From the human T2T-CHM13v2.0 reference genome, Homo sapiens: a stretch of 64,000 bases of DNA. Where the stretch lies: NCBI RefSeq assembly GCF_009914755.1, contig NC_060939.1. One strand, written 5' to 3'. The position numbers and the translations under genes are program-made. Position 1 is the stretch's first letter. Every line of letters starts with the position of its first letter. The notes below the pieces were generated by a model. That model was not told the origin of the DNA. It saw nothing but the letters and a program-made list of their open reading frames with translations, and did no database searches. Below, in pieces: positions 24,809 through 39,800 of the stretch.

Positions 24809-27800
24809 AAAACACCTCAATCAAAAGAAATGTTTAACTCTCTGAGATGAATGCACACATCATAAAAAGTTTCTCAGATTGCCTCTGTCTAGATTTTATG
24901 TGAAGATATTTCCTTTTCTGCCATAGGCCACAAATCGCTCCAAGTGTCTACATGCAGTTTCCAAACTGTTCAATCAAAAGAAAAGTTCAACTCTGTGAGA
25001 TGAAAGCACATATCACAAAGAAGTTTCCCAGATTGCTTCTGTCTGGATTGTATGTGAAGGTATTTCCTTTTCTACCATAGGTCACAAAGTGTTCCAAATG
25101 TCCAATTGCAGATACTACAAAAAGGGTGTTTCCAATCTGCTCATTCAAAAGAAAGGTTTAACTCTGTGAGATAAATGCACACATCACAAAGAAGTTTCTG
25201 AGAATGCTTCTGTGTAGTTTTTATGTGAAGATATTTCCTTTTCTACCATAAGCCACAAAGCGCTCCAAATGTCCACTTGCAGATTCTACAAAAAGAGGGT
25301 TTCCAAACTGCTCCATCTAAAGAAAGCTTCAAATCTGTGAGATAAATGCACACATCACAAAGAAGTTTCTCAGAGTTCTTCTGTTTAGTTTTTATGTGAA
25401 GATATTTCATTTTCCACCATAGTCCTCAAGGCACTAGAAATGTCCAGTTGCAGATTCTACAAAAAGAGTACCTCAAAACTAGTTCATCAAAAGAAAGTTT
25501 CAACTCTGGGAGATGAAGGCACACATTACAAAGAAGTTTCTCAGAATGTTTCTATGTAGTTTTTATGTGAAGATATTTCCTTTTTCAACATAGGCCTCAA
25601 AGCACTCCAAATGCCCACTTGCAGATTCTACAAAAAGAGGGTTTCAAAACTGCTCAATCAACACAAAATTTTAACACTGTGAGATGAAAGCACACACCAC
25701 AAAGTTTTTCAGATTGCTTGTGTCTAGATTTTATGGGAAGATATTTCCTTTTCTACCATAGCCTGCTAAGCGCTCCAAATATCCACTTCCAGATTCTACA
25801 AAGAGTGTTTCCAAACTGCATAATCAAAAGAAAGGTTCAGCTCTGTGATATAAACGTACACATCACAAAGCAGTTTCTCACCATTCTTCTGTCTAGTTTT
25901 TATGTGATGATACTTCCTACTCCACCATAGGCCTCAAAGCGCTCCAAGTGTCCACTTGCAGATCCTACAGAAAGAGAGTTTCAGAACGGCTCAATCAAAA
26001 GAAAGGTTTAATTCTGTGAGGTGAATGCACACATCAAAAAGAAGTTTCTCAAATTGCTTCGGTCTAGATTTTATGTGAAGATATTTCCTTTTTTAACATA
26101 GGCCAAAAAGCGCTTCAAATGTCCACTTGCAGATTCTACAAAAAGAGAGTTTCAAAACTGCTCCATCAAAAGAAAGACTCAACTATGTGAGGTGAATGCC
26201 CACATCACAAAGAAGTTTCTCAGATTGATTCTGTGTAGATTTTATGTTAAGATATTTCATTCTTTTTACCATAGGCCGCAAATCGCTCAAAATGTTCACT
26301 TGCAGATTCTAAAAAAAGAGTGTTCGAAACTGCTCTATCAAAAGAAAAGTTCACCTCTGTGAGATGAACGCACACATCAAGAAGAAGTTCGTCAGAATTC
26401 TTCTGTCTCGTTTTCATATGAAGATATTTCCTTTTCCATCACAGGCCTAAAAGACCTCCAAATGTCCACTTGTAGATTCTACAAAAGAGAGTTTCAAAAC
26501 TGCTCAATCAAAAGAAATGTTTAAATCTGTGAGATGAATGCACACATTACAAAGAAGTTTCTCAGATTGCTTCAGTCTAGATTTTATGTGAAAATATTTC
26601 CTTTTCTATCATAGGCCATAAAGCGCTCCAAATGTCCACTTGCCGATTCTACATAAAGAGTGTTTCCAAACAGCTGAATCAAAAGAAAGTTTCAATTCCC
26701 TGAGATGAAGACACACATCACAAAACAGTTTCTCAGAATTCTTCTGTCTAGTTTTTATGTGAAGATATTTCCTTTCAACCATACGGCTCAAGAAGCTCGA
26801 AAGTTCCACTTGCACATTCTATAAAAGAGTATTTCAAAACTAGTCCTTTGAAAGAATGTTTCAACTCTGGGAGATGAATGCACATATCACAAAGAAGTTT
26901 GTCAGAATGCTTCTATCAAGATTTTATGTGAAGACATTTCCTTTTCTACCGTAGGCTTAAAAATGCTCCAAATATCCACTTGCAGATTCTATAAAAAGAG
27001 AGTTTCAAAACTGCTCAATCAAAAGAAAATGTTAACTCTGTGAGATTAATGCACACATCACAAAGAAGTTTCTCAGATTGCTTCTTTCTAGATTTGATGT
27101 GTAGATATTCCCTTTTTACCATTGGCCGCAAAGCACACCAAATTTTCATTTGCAGATTCTACAAAAAGAGTTTTTACAAAATGCTCAATCAAAAGAAAGG
27201 TTCAACTCCGTGAGATGAATGCACACATCACAAAGAAGTTTCCCAGAATTCTTCTGTCTAGTTTTTATGTGAAGATATTTCCTTTCCCACCACAGGTCTC
27301 AAAGTGCTCCAAATGTACACTTGCAGATTCTACGAAAACAGATTTTCAAAACTGCTCAACCAAAAGAAAGGTTTAACTCTCTTAGATGAATGCACACATC
27401 ACTAGCAAGTTTCTCAGGTTGCTTCTGTCTGGATTTTATGTGAAGATATTTTCTTTCCTACCATAGACCCCAAAGAACTCCAAATGTCCACTTGCAGATC
27501 CACAAAAAGAGTGTTTCCAAACTGCTCAATCAAAAGAAAGGTTCAACTCTGTGAGATGAATGCACGCATTACAAAGAAGTTTCTCAGAATTCTTCTGTCT
27601 AGTTTTTATGTGAAGATATTTTCATTTCCACTAGAGGCCTTAAAGCCCTCCAAATATCCACTTGCAGATTCTCCAAAAAGAGAGTTTCAAAACTTCTCAA
27701 TCAAAAGAAAGCTTTAACACTCTGAGGTGAATGCACACATCACAAAGAAGTTTCTCTGATTTTTTACGTCCAGATTTTATGTGAAGATAGTCCCTTTGCT

Positions 27801-30800
27801 ACCATAGGTGACAAAGCACTCCAAATGTCCACTTGCAGATTCTACAAAAAGACAGTTTCCAAACTTCTCAATCTAAAGAATGGTTCAACTCTGTGAGACG
27901 AACGCACACTTCACATAGAAGTTGCTCAGAATACTTCTCTCTAGTTTTTTTGTTGAGGATATTTCATTTTCCACAATAGGCCTCAAGGTGGTCGAAATGT
28001 CAAATTGCAAATTCTACAAAAAGATTATTTCAAAAGTGGTCCATCAATAGAAATGTTCAACTCTGGGAAATGAATGCACACATCACCAAGCGGTTTCTCA
28101 GAATGTTTCTATCTAGTTTTTATGTGAATATATTTTCTTTTGCAACATTGGCCTCGAGGTGCTCCAAATGTCCACTTGCAGATTTTATAAAAAGAGAGTT
28201 TTAAAACTGCTCAATCAAAAGAAATGTTTAACTCTGTGAGATGAATGTACACAACAAAAAGACGTTCCTCAGATTGCTTCTTTCTAGATTTAATGTGAAG
28301 ATAATTCCTTTTCCACCACAGGCCACAAAACTCTCCTAATGTCCACTGGCAGATTCTACAAAAAGAGTGTTTCCAATCTGCTCAATCAAAAGAAAGGTTC
28401 AACTCTGTCAGATGAACGCTGGCATCACAAAGAATTTTCTCAAAATTCTTCTGTCTACTTTTTATGTGAAGATATTTCCTTTTCTTCCACAGGCCTAAAA
28501 GCACTCCAAATGTCCACTTGCAGATTCTCCAAAAAGAGACTGCCAAAACTGCTAAATCAAAAGGAAGGTTTAACTCTGTGAGATGAATGCACACATCACA
28601 AAAAGTTTCTCAGATTGCTTCTGTCTAGATTTTATGTGAAGTTATTTCCTTTTCTACCATAGAACCCGAAGCGCTTTTAATGTCCCCTTGCAGATTCTAC
28701 ATAAAGAGTTTTTCAAAACTGCTCAATCAAAAGAAAGGTTCAACTCTGTGAGATGAATGCATGCATCACAAAGAAGTTTCTCAGAATACTTCTGTCTAGT
28801 TTTTATGTGAAGATATTTCCTTTTCTACCATAGTTCTCAAAGCGATTAAAATGTCCACTTGCAAATTCTACAAAAAGAGAGTCTCAAAACCGCTCAATCA
28901 AAAGAAAGGTTTATCTCTGTGAGATGAATGCACACTTCACAAATAAGTTTCTAAGATTTCTTCTGTCTAGGTTTTATGTGATGATATTTCCTTTTCTACC
29001 ATACGTAGCAAACCACTCAAAATGTCCACTTGTAGATTCTACAAAAAGAGAGTTTCCAAACTGCTCAATCAGAAGAAAGGTTAACTCTGTGAGATGAAGG
29101 CACACATCACAAAAAAGTTTCTCAGAATTCTTCTGTCCAGTTTTAATGTGAAGATATTTCCTTTTGCACCAGAAGCCTCAAGGTAATCGAAATGTGCCCT
29201 TGCAGATTCTACAAAAAGAGTAATTCAAAACTGGTCCGTCAAAACAAAGGTTCAACACTAGGAAATAAATGCACATATCACAAAGAAGCTTCTCAGAATG
29301 CTTCTATCTAGGTTTTATGTGAAGATATTTCCTTTTCCACCGTAGGCCTCAAAGCGCTCCAAATGTCCACTTGCAGGTTCTGCAAAAAGAGAGTTTCCAA
29401 AGTGCTCAATCAAAAGAAACGGTTAACTCTGTGAGATAAATGCACACATCACAAAGAAGTTTCTCAGAATTCTTCTGTCTAGATTTTATGTGAAGATATT
29501 TCGTGTTCCACCATAGGCCTCAAGGTGCTTGAAATGTCCACTTTCAGACTCTACAAAAAGTGTATTTCAAAACTGCTTAATCAAAAGAATGGTTTAACAC
29601 TGTCAGATGTATGCACACATCACAAATAAGTTTCTCAGAATTCTTCTGTCTAGTTTTTATGTGAAGATATTTCTGTTTCCATCATAGACCACAAACGGCT
29701 CCAAATGTCCACTTGCAGATACTATATAAAGAGAGTTTGAAAACTCCTCAAACAAAAGAAAGGTTTAACTCTGTGAGATCAATGCACACATCACAAAAGG
29801 TTTCTCAGACGGTTTCTGTCTAGATCTTATGTGAAGTTATTTCCTTTTCCACCATAGAACCAAAGCACTCCAAATGTCCCCTTGCAGATTCTACAAAAAC
29901 AGTGTTTCAAAACTGCTCAATCAGGAGAAAGGTTCAACTCTGTGAGATAAACGCAAGCATCACAAGAAAAGTTTATCAGAATTCTTCTGTTTAGTTTTGA
30001 TGTGAAGATATTTCATTTTCCACCATAGGACAAAAGGCGCTCGAAATGCCCCCTGGCAGATTCTACAAAAGGAGTATTTCAAACTTGGTCCATCAAAAGA
30101 AAGGTTCAACTTATTGAGATGAATGCACACATCACAAAGAAGTTTCTCAGAATTCTTCTGTCTAGTGTTTATGTGAAGATATTTTCTTTTCCACCATAGG
30201 CCTCAAGGTGCTCGAAATGTCCACTTGCGGATTCTGCAAAAAGAGTATTTCAAAACTGGTACATCAAAAGAAAGGTTCAACTCATGGAGATGAAGGCACC
30301 CATCACAAAGAAGTTTCTCTGAATTCTTCAATCTTGTTTTTATGCGAACACATTTCCTTTTCCACAATAGGCCTCAAAGTGCTCCAAATGTCCACTTGCA
30401 GATCCTACAAAAAGAGAGTTTTAAAACTGCTCAATGAAAAGAAAGGTTTAACATTGTGAGATGAATGCAGACATCACAAAGAAGTTTCTCAGATTGCTTC
30501 TGTCTAGATTTTATGTTAAGATATTTCCTTCTGTACCATAGGCCTCAAATCGCTCCAAATGTCCACATGCAGATTCTACAAAAAGAGTGTTTCCAAACTG
30601 CTCAATCAAACAAAGGTTCAACTCTGTGAGATGAACACACACATTAAAAAGAAGTTTTTCAGAATTCTTCTGTCTAGTTTTTATGTGAACATATTTCCTT
30701 TTCAAACTTAGGCCTCTATGTTCTCTCAATGTCCAATTGCAGTTTCAACAAAAAGAGAGATTCAAAACTGCTCAATCAAAAGAAAGGCTTCACTCAGTGA

Positions 30801-33800
30801 GATGAATGCATACGTCACTGAGAAGTTTATATGATTGCTTCTGTCAAGACTTTATGTGAAGATATTTCCTTTTCCACCTTAGGCTTCAAAGTGCTCCCAA
30901 TGTCCAATTGCAGATTCAACAAAAAGAGAGTTACAAAACTCTCACTCAAAAGAAAGGTATCACTCAGTGAGATGAATGCACACATCACAGAGAAGTTTCT
31001 AAGATTGCTTCTCTCAAGATTTTATGTGAAGATATTTCCTTTTCTACTGTAGTCCGCAAAGTGCTCCAAATGTCCAATGGGAGATTTTACAAAAGAGTGT
31101 CTCCAAACTGATCAATCAAAATAAAGTTTCAGCTCTGTGAGATGAACGCATGCTTCACAAAGAAGTTACTCAGAATTCCTCTGTCTAGTTTTTATGTGAA
31201 GGTATTTTTTTTCTACCATAGGCCACAAAGGGCTCTTAATCTCCACTTGCAGGTTCTACAAAAGAGAGTTTCAAAACTGCTCAATCAAAAGAAAGGTTTA
31301 ACTCTGTGACATGAATGCACACATCACAAATAAGTTTCTCAGATTATTTCTGTCTAGATTTTAAGTGAAGATATATCCTTTTCTACCATAGGCCCCAAGG
31401 CACTCCAAATGTCCACTTGCAGATTCTACAAAAAGAGTATTTCAAAACTGGTACATCAAAAGGAAGGTTCAAGTCCTGGAGATGAATGCACACAACACAA
31501 AGAAGTTGCTCTGAATGCTTCAATCTTGTTTTTATGTGAAGATATTTCGTATTCCACCATAGGATTCAAAGCACTCCAATTGTCCACTTGCAGATCCTAC
31601 AAAAAGAGAGTTTTAAAACTGCTTAGTCAAAAGAAATGTTTAACTCTCTGAGATAAAGGCAAATATCACAAAGAAGTTTCTCAGATTGCTTCTGTCTAGA
31701 TTTTATGTGAAGATAGTTCCTTTTCTACCATGGGCCTCAAATCGCTCCAAAAGTCCACATGCACATTCTACAAAAGATTGTTTCCTAACTGCTCAATCAA
31801 AAGAAATGTTCAACTCTGTGAGATGAATGCACACATCACAAAGAAGGTTCTCAGAATTCTTCTGTCTAGTTTTTATGTGAACATATTTCCTTTCACATCT
31901 TAGGCCTCAAAGCGCTCCCAATGTCAATTTGCAGATTCAACAAAAAGAAAATTTCAAAACTACTCCATCAAAAGAAAGGTTTCACTCTTTGAGATGAATG
32001 CACACATCACAAAGAAATTTCTCAGATTGCTTCTGTCTAGATTTTCTGTGAAGAGATTTCCTTTTCTACCAAAGGCCACAAAGCGCACAAAATGTCCACT
32101 GGCAGATCCTACAAAAAAAGAGTTTCAAACTGCACAATCAAAAGATAGTTTCAACTCTGTGATATGACCGCACAAATCACAAAGAAGTTTCTCAAAATTC
32201 TTCTGTCTCGTTTTAATGTGAAAGTATTTCTTTTCCCTCTACATGCCTCAAGATGCTCGAAACGTCCACTTGCAGATTCTACAAAAAGAGGATTTCAAAA
32301 CTGGTCCATTAAAAGAAAGGTTCAACTCTGGGAGATGAATACACACATCATGAAGAAGTTACTCAGAATGCTTCTGTCTAGTTTTTATTGAAGACATTTC
32401 GTTTTCCACCATCAGCCTCAAAGCCCTCAAAATATCCACTTGCAGATTACACAAAAAGAGAGTTTCAAAACTGCTCAAACAAAAGAAAGGTTTAACTCTG
32501 GAATATGAAGGCACACGTCACAAAGAAGTTTTTCAGATAGTTTCTGTCGAGATTTTAATTGTAGATATTTCCTTTTCTACCATAGGCTTCAAAACGCTCC
32601 AAATATCCACTTGCAGATTCTAAAGAAAGAGTGTTTCCATACTGTTCAATCAAACAAAGGTTCAACTCTGTCAGATGAATGCACACATAAAAAAGAAGTT
32701 TCTCAGAATACTTCTGCCTAGTTTTTATGTGAAGATATTTCCTTTTCCACCTTAGGCCTCAAAGTGCTCCCAATGTCCAATTGCAGATTCAACAAAAAGA
32801 GAGTTTCAAAACTGCAGAATCAAAAGAAAGGTTTCACTCAGTGAGATGAATGCACACATCACAGAGAAGTTTCTAAGATTGCTTCTCTCAAGATTTTATG
32901 TGAAAATATTTCCCTTTCTGCCGTAGGCTGCAAAGGGCTCCCAATGTCCACTGAGAGATTTTACAAAAGGGTATCTCTAAACTGCTCAATCAAAAGAAAG
33001 GTTCAACTCTGTGAGATGAACGCATGCTTCACAAAGAAGTTACTCAGAAGTCTTCTGTCTAGTTTTTATGTGAAGATATTTCGTTTTCCACCATAGGCCT
33101 CAAAGGGCTCTTAATCTCCACTTGCAGATTCTACAAAGGAGAGTTTCAAAACTGCTCAATCAAAAGAAAGTTTTAACTCTGTGACATCAATGTACACATC
33201 ACAAAGAAGTTTCTCAGATTGCTTTTGTCTAGATTTTAAATGAAGATGTGTCCTTTTCTACCATAGGCCCCAATGCGTTCCAAATGTTGAGATGAATGCA
33301 CACATCACAAAGAAGTTTCTCAGATTGCTTCTGTCTAGATTTTATGTGAAGATATTTCCTTTTGTACCGCAGGCCTCAAATCGCTCCAAATGTCCACATG
33401 CAGATTCTCCGAGAGGAGTATTTCCAAACTGCTCAATCAAAAGAAAGGTTCAACTCTGTGAGACGAACGCACACATCATAAAGAAGTTTCTCAGAATTCT
33501 TCTGTCTAGTTTTTATGTGAACATATTTCCTTTTCCACCTTAGGCCTCAAAGCACTCCCAATGTCAATTTGCAGATTCCACAAAAAGAAAATTTCAAAAC
33601 TACTCCATCAAAAGAATGGTTTCACTGTGTGAGATGAATGCACACATCACAAAGAAATTTCTCAGATTGCTTCTGTCTTGATTTTCTGTGAAGAGATTTC
33701 CTTTTCTACCTTAGGCCACAAAGCACACCAAATGTCCACTGGCAGATTCTACAAAAAGAGTGTTTCCAAACTGCTCAATCAAAAGAAAGGTTCAACTCTG

Positions 33801-36800
33801 TGATATGAATGCACAAATCACAAAGAAGTTTCTCAGAATTCTTCTGTCTCATTTTTATGTGAAAGTATTTCTTTTCCCTCTACAGGCCTCAAGGTGCTCA
33901 TAATGTCCACTTGCAGATTCTACAAAAAGAGTATATCAAAACTGGTCCATTAATAGAAAGGTTCAACTATGGCAGATGAATACACACATCACGAAGTAGT
34001 TATTCAGAATGTTTCTATCTAGTGTTTATTGAAGATATTTCCTTTTCCACCATCGGCCTCCAAGCCCTCCAAATGTCCACTTGCAGAATACACATAAAGA
34101 GAGTTTCAAAACTGCTAAATCAAAGGAAATGTTTAACTCTGGAATATGAATGCACACGTCGCAAAGAAGTTCTTCAGATAGTTTCTGTCTAGATTTTATG
34201 TGTAGATATTTCCTTTTCTACCATAGGCTGCAAAACGCTACAAATATCCACTTGCAGATTCTACAAAAAGAGTGTTTCCATACTGCTGAATCAAACAAAG
34301 TTTCAACTCTGTGAGATGAACGCACACATAAAAAAGATGCTTCTCAGAATTCTTCTGTCTAGTTTTTATGTGAAGATATTTCCTTTTCCACGACAGGCCT
34401 CAAAGTGCTCCCAATGTCCAATTGCAGATTCAACAAAAAGAGAATTTTAAAACTGCTCAATCAAAAGAAAGGTTTCACTCAGTGAGGTGAATGCACACAT
34501 CACAGAAGTTTCTAAGATTGCTTCTGTCAAGATTTTATGTGAAGATATTTCCTTTTCTACCATAGGCCTCAAATCGCTCCAAATGTCCACATGCAGATTC
34601 TACAAAAAGATTGTTTCCAAACTGCTCAGTCAAAAGAAATGTTCAACTATCTGAGATGAATGCACACATCACAAAGAAGTTTCTCAGAATTCTTCTGTCT
34701 AGTTTTTATGTGAACATATTTCCTTTTGCACCTTAGGCCTCAAAGCGCTCCAAATGTCCACTTGCAGATCCTACAAAAAGAGAGTTTTAAAACTGCTCAA
34801 TCAAAAGAAAGGTTTAACTCTTTGAGATAAATGCACGTATCATTAAGAAGATTCTCAGAATTATTCTGTCTCGTTTTTATGTGAACATATTTCCTTTTCC
34901 ACCTTAGGCCTCAAAGCGCTCCCAATGTCAATTTGCAGATTCCACAAAAAGAAAATTTCAAAAGTACTCCATCAAAGGAAAGGTTTCACTCTTTCAGATG
35001 AATGCACACATCACAAAGAAGTTTCTCAGATTTCTTCTATCAAGATTTTATGTGAAGATACTTCCTTTTCTACCGTAGGCCGCAAAGTGCTCCCAATGTC
35101 CACTGGGAGATTTTACAGAAGGGTTTCTCTATCTAAACTGCTCAATCAAAAGAAAGGTTCACCTCTGTGAGATGAATGCATGCTTCACAAAGAAGTTACT
35201 CAGAAATCTTCTGTCTAGTTTTTATGTGAAGATATTTCGTTTTCCACCATAGGCCTCAAAGGAGTCTTAATCTCCACAAGCAGATTCTACAAAAGAGTGT
35301 TTCAAAACTGCAGAATCAAAAGAAAGGTTTAACTCTGTGACATGAATGCACACATCAGAAAGAAGTTTCTCAGATTGCTTTTGTCTAGATTTTAAATGAA
35401 GATATATCCTTTTCTACCATAGGCCCCAACGCGCTCCAAATGTCCACTTGCAGATCCTACAAAAAGAGTATTTCAAAACTGGTAAATCAAAAAGAAGTTT
35501 CAACTCTTGGAGATGAATGCACACATCACAAAGAAGTTCATTGAATGCTTCAATCTTGTTTTTATGTGAAGATATTTCCTTCTTCACCATAGGCCTCAAA
35601 GCGCTCCAAATGTCCACTTGCAGATCCTACAAAAAGAGTTTCCAAACTGCACAATCAAAAGAAAGTTTCAACCCTGTGATATGAATGCACAAATCACAAA
35701 GAAGTTTCTCAAAATTCTTCTGTCTCATTTTAATGTGAAAGTATTTATTTCCCCTCTAGAGGCCTCAAGGTGCTCGAAATGTCCACTTGCAGATTCTACA
35801 GAAAGAATGTTTCCATACTGCTCAATCAAACAAAGGTTCAACTCTGTGTGATGAACGCACACATAAAAAAGAAGTTTCGCAGAGTTGTTCTGTCTAGTTT
35901 TTATGTGAAGATATTTCCCTTTCCACCTTAGGCCTCAAAGTGCTCCCAATGTCCAATTGCAGATTCAACAAAAAGAGAGTTTCAAAACTGTTCACTCAAA
36001 AGAAAGGTTTCACTCAGTGAGATGAATGCACACATCACAGAGAAGTTTCTAAGATTGCTTCTGTCAAGATTTTATGTGAAGATATTTCCTTTTCTACCGT
36101 AGGCCATAAAGTGCTCCAAATGTCCACTGGGAGATTTTATAAACGGGTGTCTCCAAACTGCTCAATCAAAAGAAAGGTTCAACTCTGTGAGATGAATGCA
36201 TGCATCACAAAGAAGTTACTCAGAATTCTTCTGTCTAGTTTTTATGTGAAGATATTTCGTTTTCCACCATAGGCCTCAAAAGGATATTAGTCTCCAATTG
36301 CAGGTCCTACAAAAGAGAGTTTGAAAACTGCTCAATCAAAAGAAAGGTTTAACTCTGTGACATGAATGCACACATCACAAAGAAGTTTCTCAGATTACTT
36401 CTGTCTAGATTTTAAGTGAAGATATATCCTTTTCTACCATAGGCGCCAAAGCGCTCCAAATGTCCACTTGCAGATTCTACAAAAAGAGTATTTCAAAACT
36501 GGTACATCAAAAGGAAGGTTCAACTCTTGGAGATGAATGCACACATCACAAAGAAGTTGCTGTGAGTGCTTCAATCTTTTTTTATGTGAAGATATGTCCT
36601 TTTCCACCATTGGCCTCAAAGCGCTCCAAATGTCCACTTGCAGATCCTACAAAAGGAGAGCTTTAAAACTGCTCAAACAAAAGAAAGGTTTAACTCTGTG
36701 AGATAAATGCACATATCACAAAGAAGTTTCTCAGATTGCTTCTGTCTAGATTTTACGTGAAGATAGTTCCTTTTCTACCATGGGCCTCAAATCGCTCCAA

Positions 36801-39800
36801 ATGTCCACATGCAGATTCTACAAAAAGATTGTTTCCAAACTGCTCAATCAAAAGAAATGTTCAACTCTGTGAGATGAATGCACACATCACAAAGAGTTTT
36901 AAAACTGCTCAATCAAAAGAAAGGTTTAACTCTTTGAGATAAATGCACATATCACAAAGAAGGTTCTCAGAATTCTTCTGTCTAGTTTTTATGTGAACAT
37001 ATTTCCTTTTCCACCTTAGGCCTCAAAGTGCTCCCAATGTCAATTTGCAGATTCCACAAAAAGAAAATTTCAAAACTACTCCATCAAAAGAAAGGTTTCA
37101 CTCTTTCAGATGAATGCACACATCACAAAGTAGTTTCTCTGATTTCTTCTGTCAAGATTTTATGTGAAGATATTTCCTTTTCTACCGTAGGCCACAAAGT
37201 GCTTCCAATGTCCACTGGGAGATTTTACAGAAGGGTGTCTCTAAACTGCTCAATCAAAAGAAAGGTTCAACTCTGTGAGATGAACGCATGCTTCACAAAT
37301 AAGTTACTCAGAAGTCTTCTGTCTAGTTTTTATGTGAAGATATTTCGTTTTCCACCATAGGCCTCAAAGGGCTCTTAATCTCCACTTGCAGATTCTACAA
37401 AAGAGTGTTTCAAAACTGCTGAAACAAAAGAAAGTTTTAACTCTGTGACATGAATGCACACATCAGAAAGAAGTTTCTCAGATTGCTTTTGTCTAGATTT
37501 TAAATGAAGATATATCCTTTTCTACCATAGGCCCCAAGGCGCTCCAAATGTCCACTTGCAGATTCAACAAAAATAGTATTTCAAAACTGGTACATCAAAA
37601 GGAAGTTTCGACTCTTGGAGATGAATGCACACATCACAAAGAAGTTTCTCAGATTACTTCTGTCTAGATTTTAAGTTAAAATATATCCTTTTCTACCATA
37701 GGACCCAAGGCACTCCAAATGTCCACTTGCAGATTCTGCAAAAAGAGTATTTCAAAGCTGGTACATCAAAAGGAAGGTTCAACTCTTGGAGATGAATGCA
37801 CACATCACAAAAAAGTTTCTCTGAATGCTTCAATCTTGTTTTTATGTGAAGATATTTCCTTTTCCTCCATAGGCCTCAAAGCGCTCCAAATGTCCACTTG
37901 CAGATCCTACAAAAAGAGAGTTTCCAAACTGCACAATCAAAAGAAAGTTTCAACTCTGTGATATGAATGCACAAATCACAAAGAAGTTTCTCAAAATTAT
38001 TCTGTCTCGTTTTAGTGTGAAAGTATTTATTTTCCCTCTACAGCCCTCAAGGTGCTCGAAATGTCCACTTGCAGATTCTACAAAAAGAGTATTTCAAAAC
38101 TGGTCCATTAAAAGAAAGGTTCAACTCTGTGAGATGAATGCACACATCACAAAGAAGGTTCTCAGAATTCTTCTGTCTAGTTTTTACGTGAACATATTTC
38201 CTTTTCCACCTTAAGCCTCAAAGCACTCCCAATGTCAATTTGCAGATTTCACAAAAAGAAAATTTTAAAACTACTCCATCAAAAGAAAGATTTCACTGTG
38301 TGAGGTGAATGTACACATCACAGAGAAATTTCTCAGATTGCTTCTGTCTTGATTTTCTGTGAAGACATTTCTTTTTCTACCATAGGCTGCAAAGCACTCC
38401 ACATGTCCACTGGCAGATTCTACAAAAAGAGTGTTTCCAAACTGCTCAATCAAAAGAAAGGTTCAACTCTGTGGTATGAATACACAAATCTCAAAGAAGT
38501 TTCACAGAATTCTTCTGTCTCATTTATATTTGAAAGCATTTCTTTCCCACTACAGGCCTCAAGGTGCTCGTAATGTCCAATTGTAGATACTACAAAAAGA
38601 GTATTTGAAAACTGGCCCATTAATAGAAAGGTTCAACTATGGGAGGTGAATACACACATCGTGAAGAAGTTATTCAGAATGCTTCTATCTAGTGTTTATT
38701 GAAGATATTTCCATTTCCACCATCGGCCTCAAAGCCCTCCAAATGTCCACTTGCAGAATGCACATAAAGAGATTTTCAAAACTGCTAAATCAAAGGAAAG
38801 GTTTAACTCTGGGATATGAATGCACACGTCACAAAGAAGTTTTTCGGATAGTTTCTGTCTAGATTTTAAGTGAAGATATTTCCTTTTGTACCATAGGTTG
38901 CAAAACGCTCCAAATGTCCACTGGCAGATCCTACAAAAAGAATGTTTCCAAACTGCTCAATCAAAAGAAAGGTTCAACTCTGTGATATGAATACACAAAT
39001 CACAAAGAAGTTTCTCAGAATTCTTCTGTCTCGTTTTTATGTGAAAGTATTTCCTTTCCCTCTATAGGCCTCAAGGTGTTCGTAATGTCCACTTGCAGAT
39101 ACTACAAAAAGAGTATTTCAAAACTGGTAAATTAATAGAAAGGTTCAACTATGGGAGATGAATACACACATCACGAAGAAGTTATTCAGAATGCTTCCAT
39201 CTAGTGTTTGTTGAAGCTATTTCCTTTTCCACCATTGGCCTCCAAGCCCTCCAAATGTCCACTTGCAGAATACACATAAAGAGAGTTTCAAAACCGCTAA
39301 ATCAAAGGAAAGGTTTAACTCTGGAATATGAATACACACGTCACAAAGAAGTTTTTCAGATAGGATCTGTCTAGATTTTATGTGTGGATATTTCCTTTTC
39401 TACCATAGGCTTCAAAACGCTGCAAATGTCCACTTGCACATTCTACAAAAAGAGTGTTTCCATACTGCTCAATCAAACAAAGTTTCAACTCTGTGAGATG
39501 AACGCACACATAAAAAAGAAGTTTCTCAGAATTCTTCTGTGTAGTTTTTATGTGAGGTTATTTCCTTTTCCACCTTAGGCCTCAAAGTGCTCCCAATGTC
39601 CAATTGCAGATTCAACAAAAAGAGAGTTTCAAAACTGCTCACTCAAAAGAAAGGTTTCACTCAGTGAGATAAATGCACACATCACAGAGAAGTTTCTAAG
39701 ATTGCTTCTGTCAAGATTTTATGTGAAGATATTTCCTTTTCTACCGTAGGCTGCAATGCGCTCCAAAAGTCCACTGGGAGATTTTACAAAAGGGTGTCTC

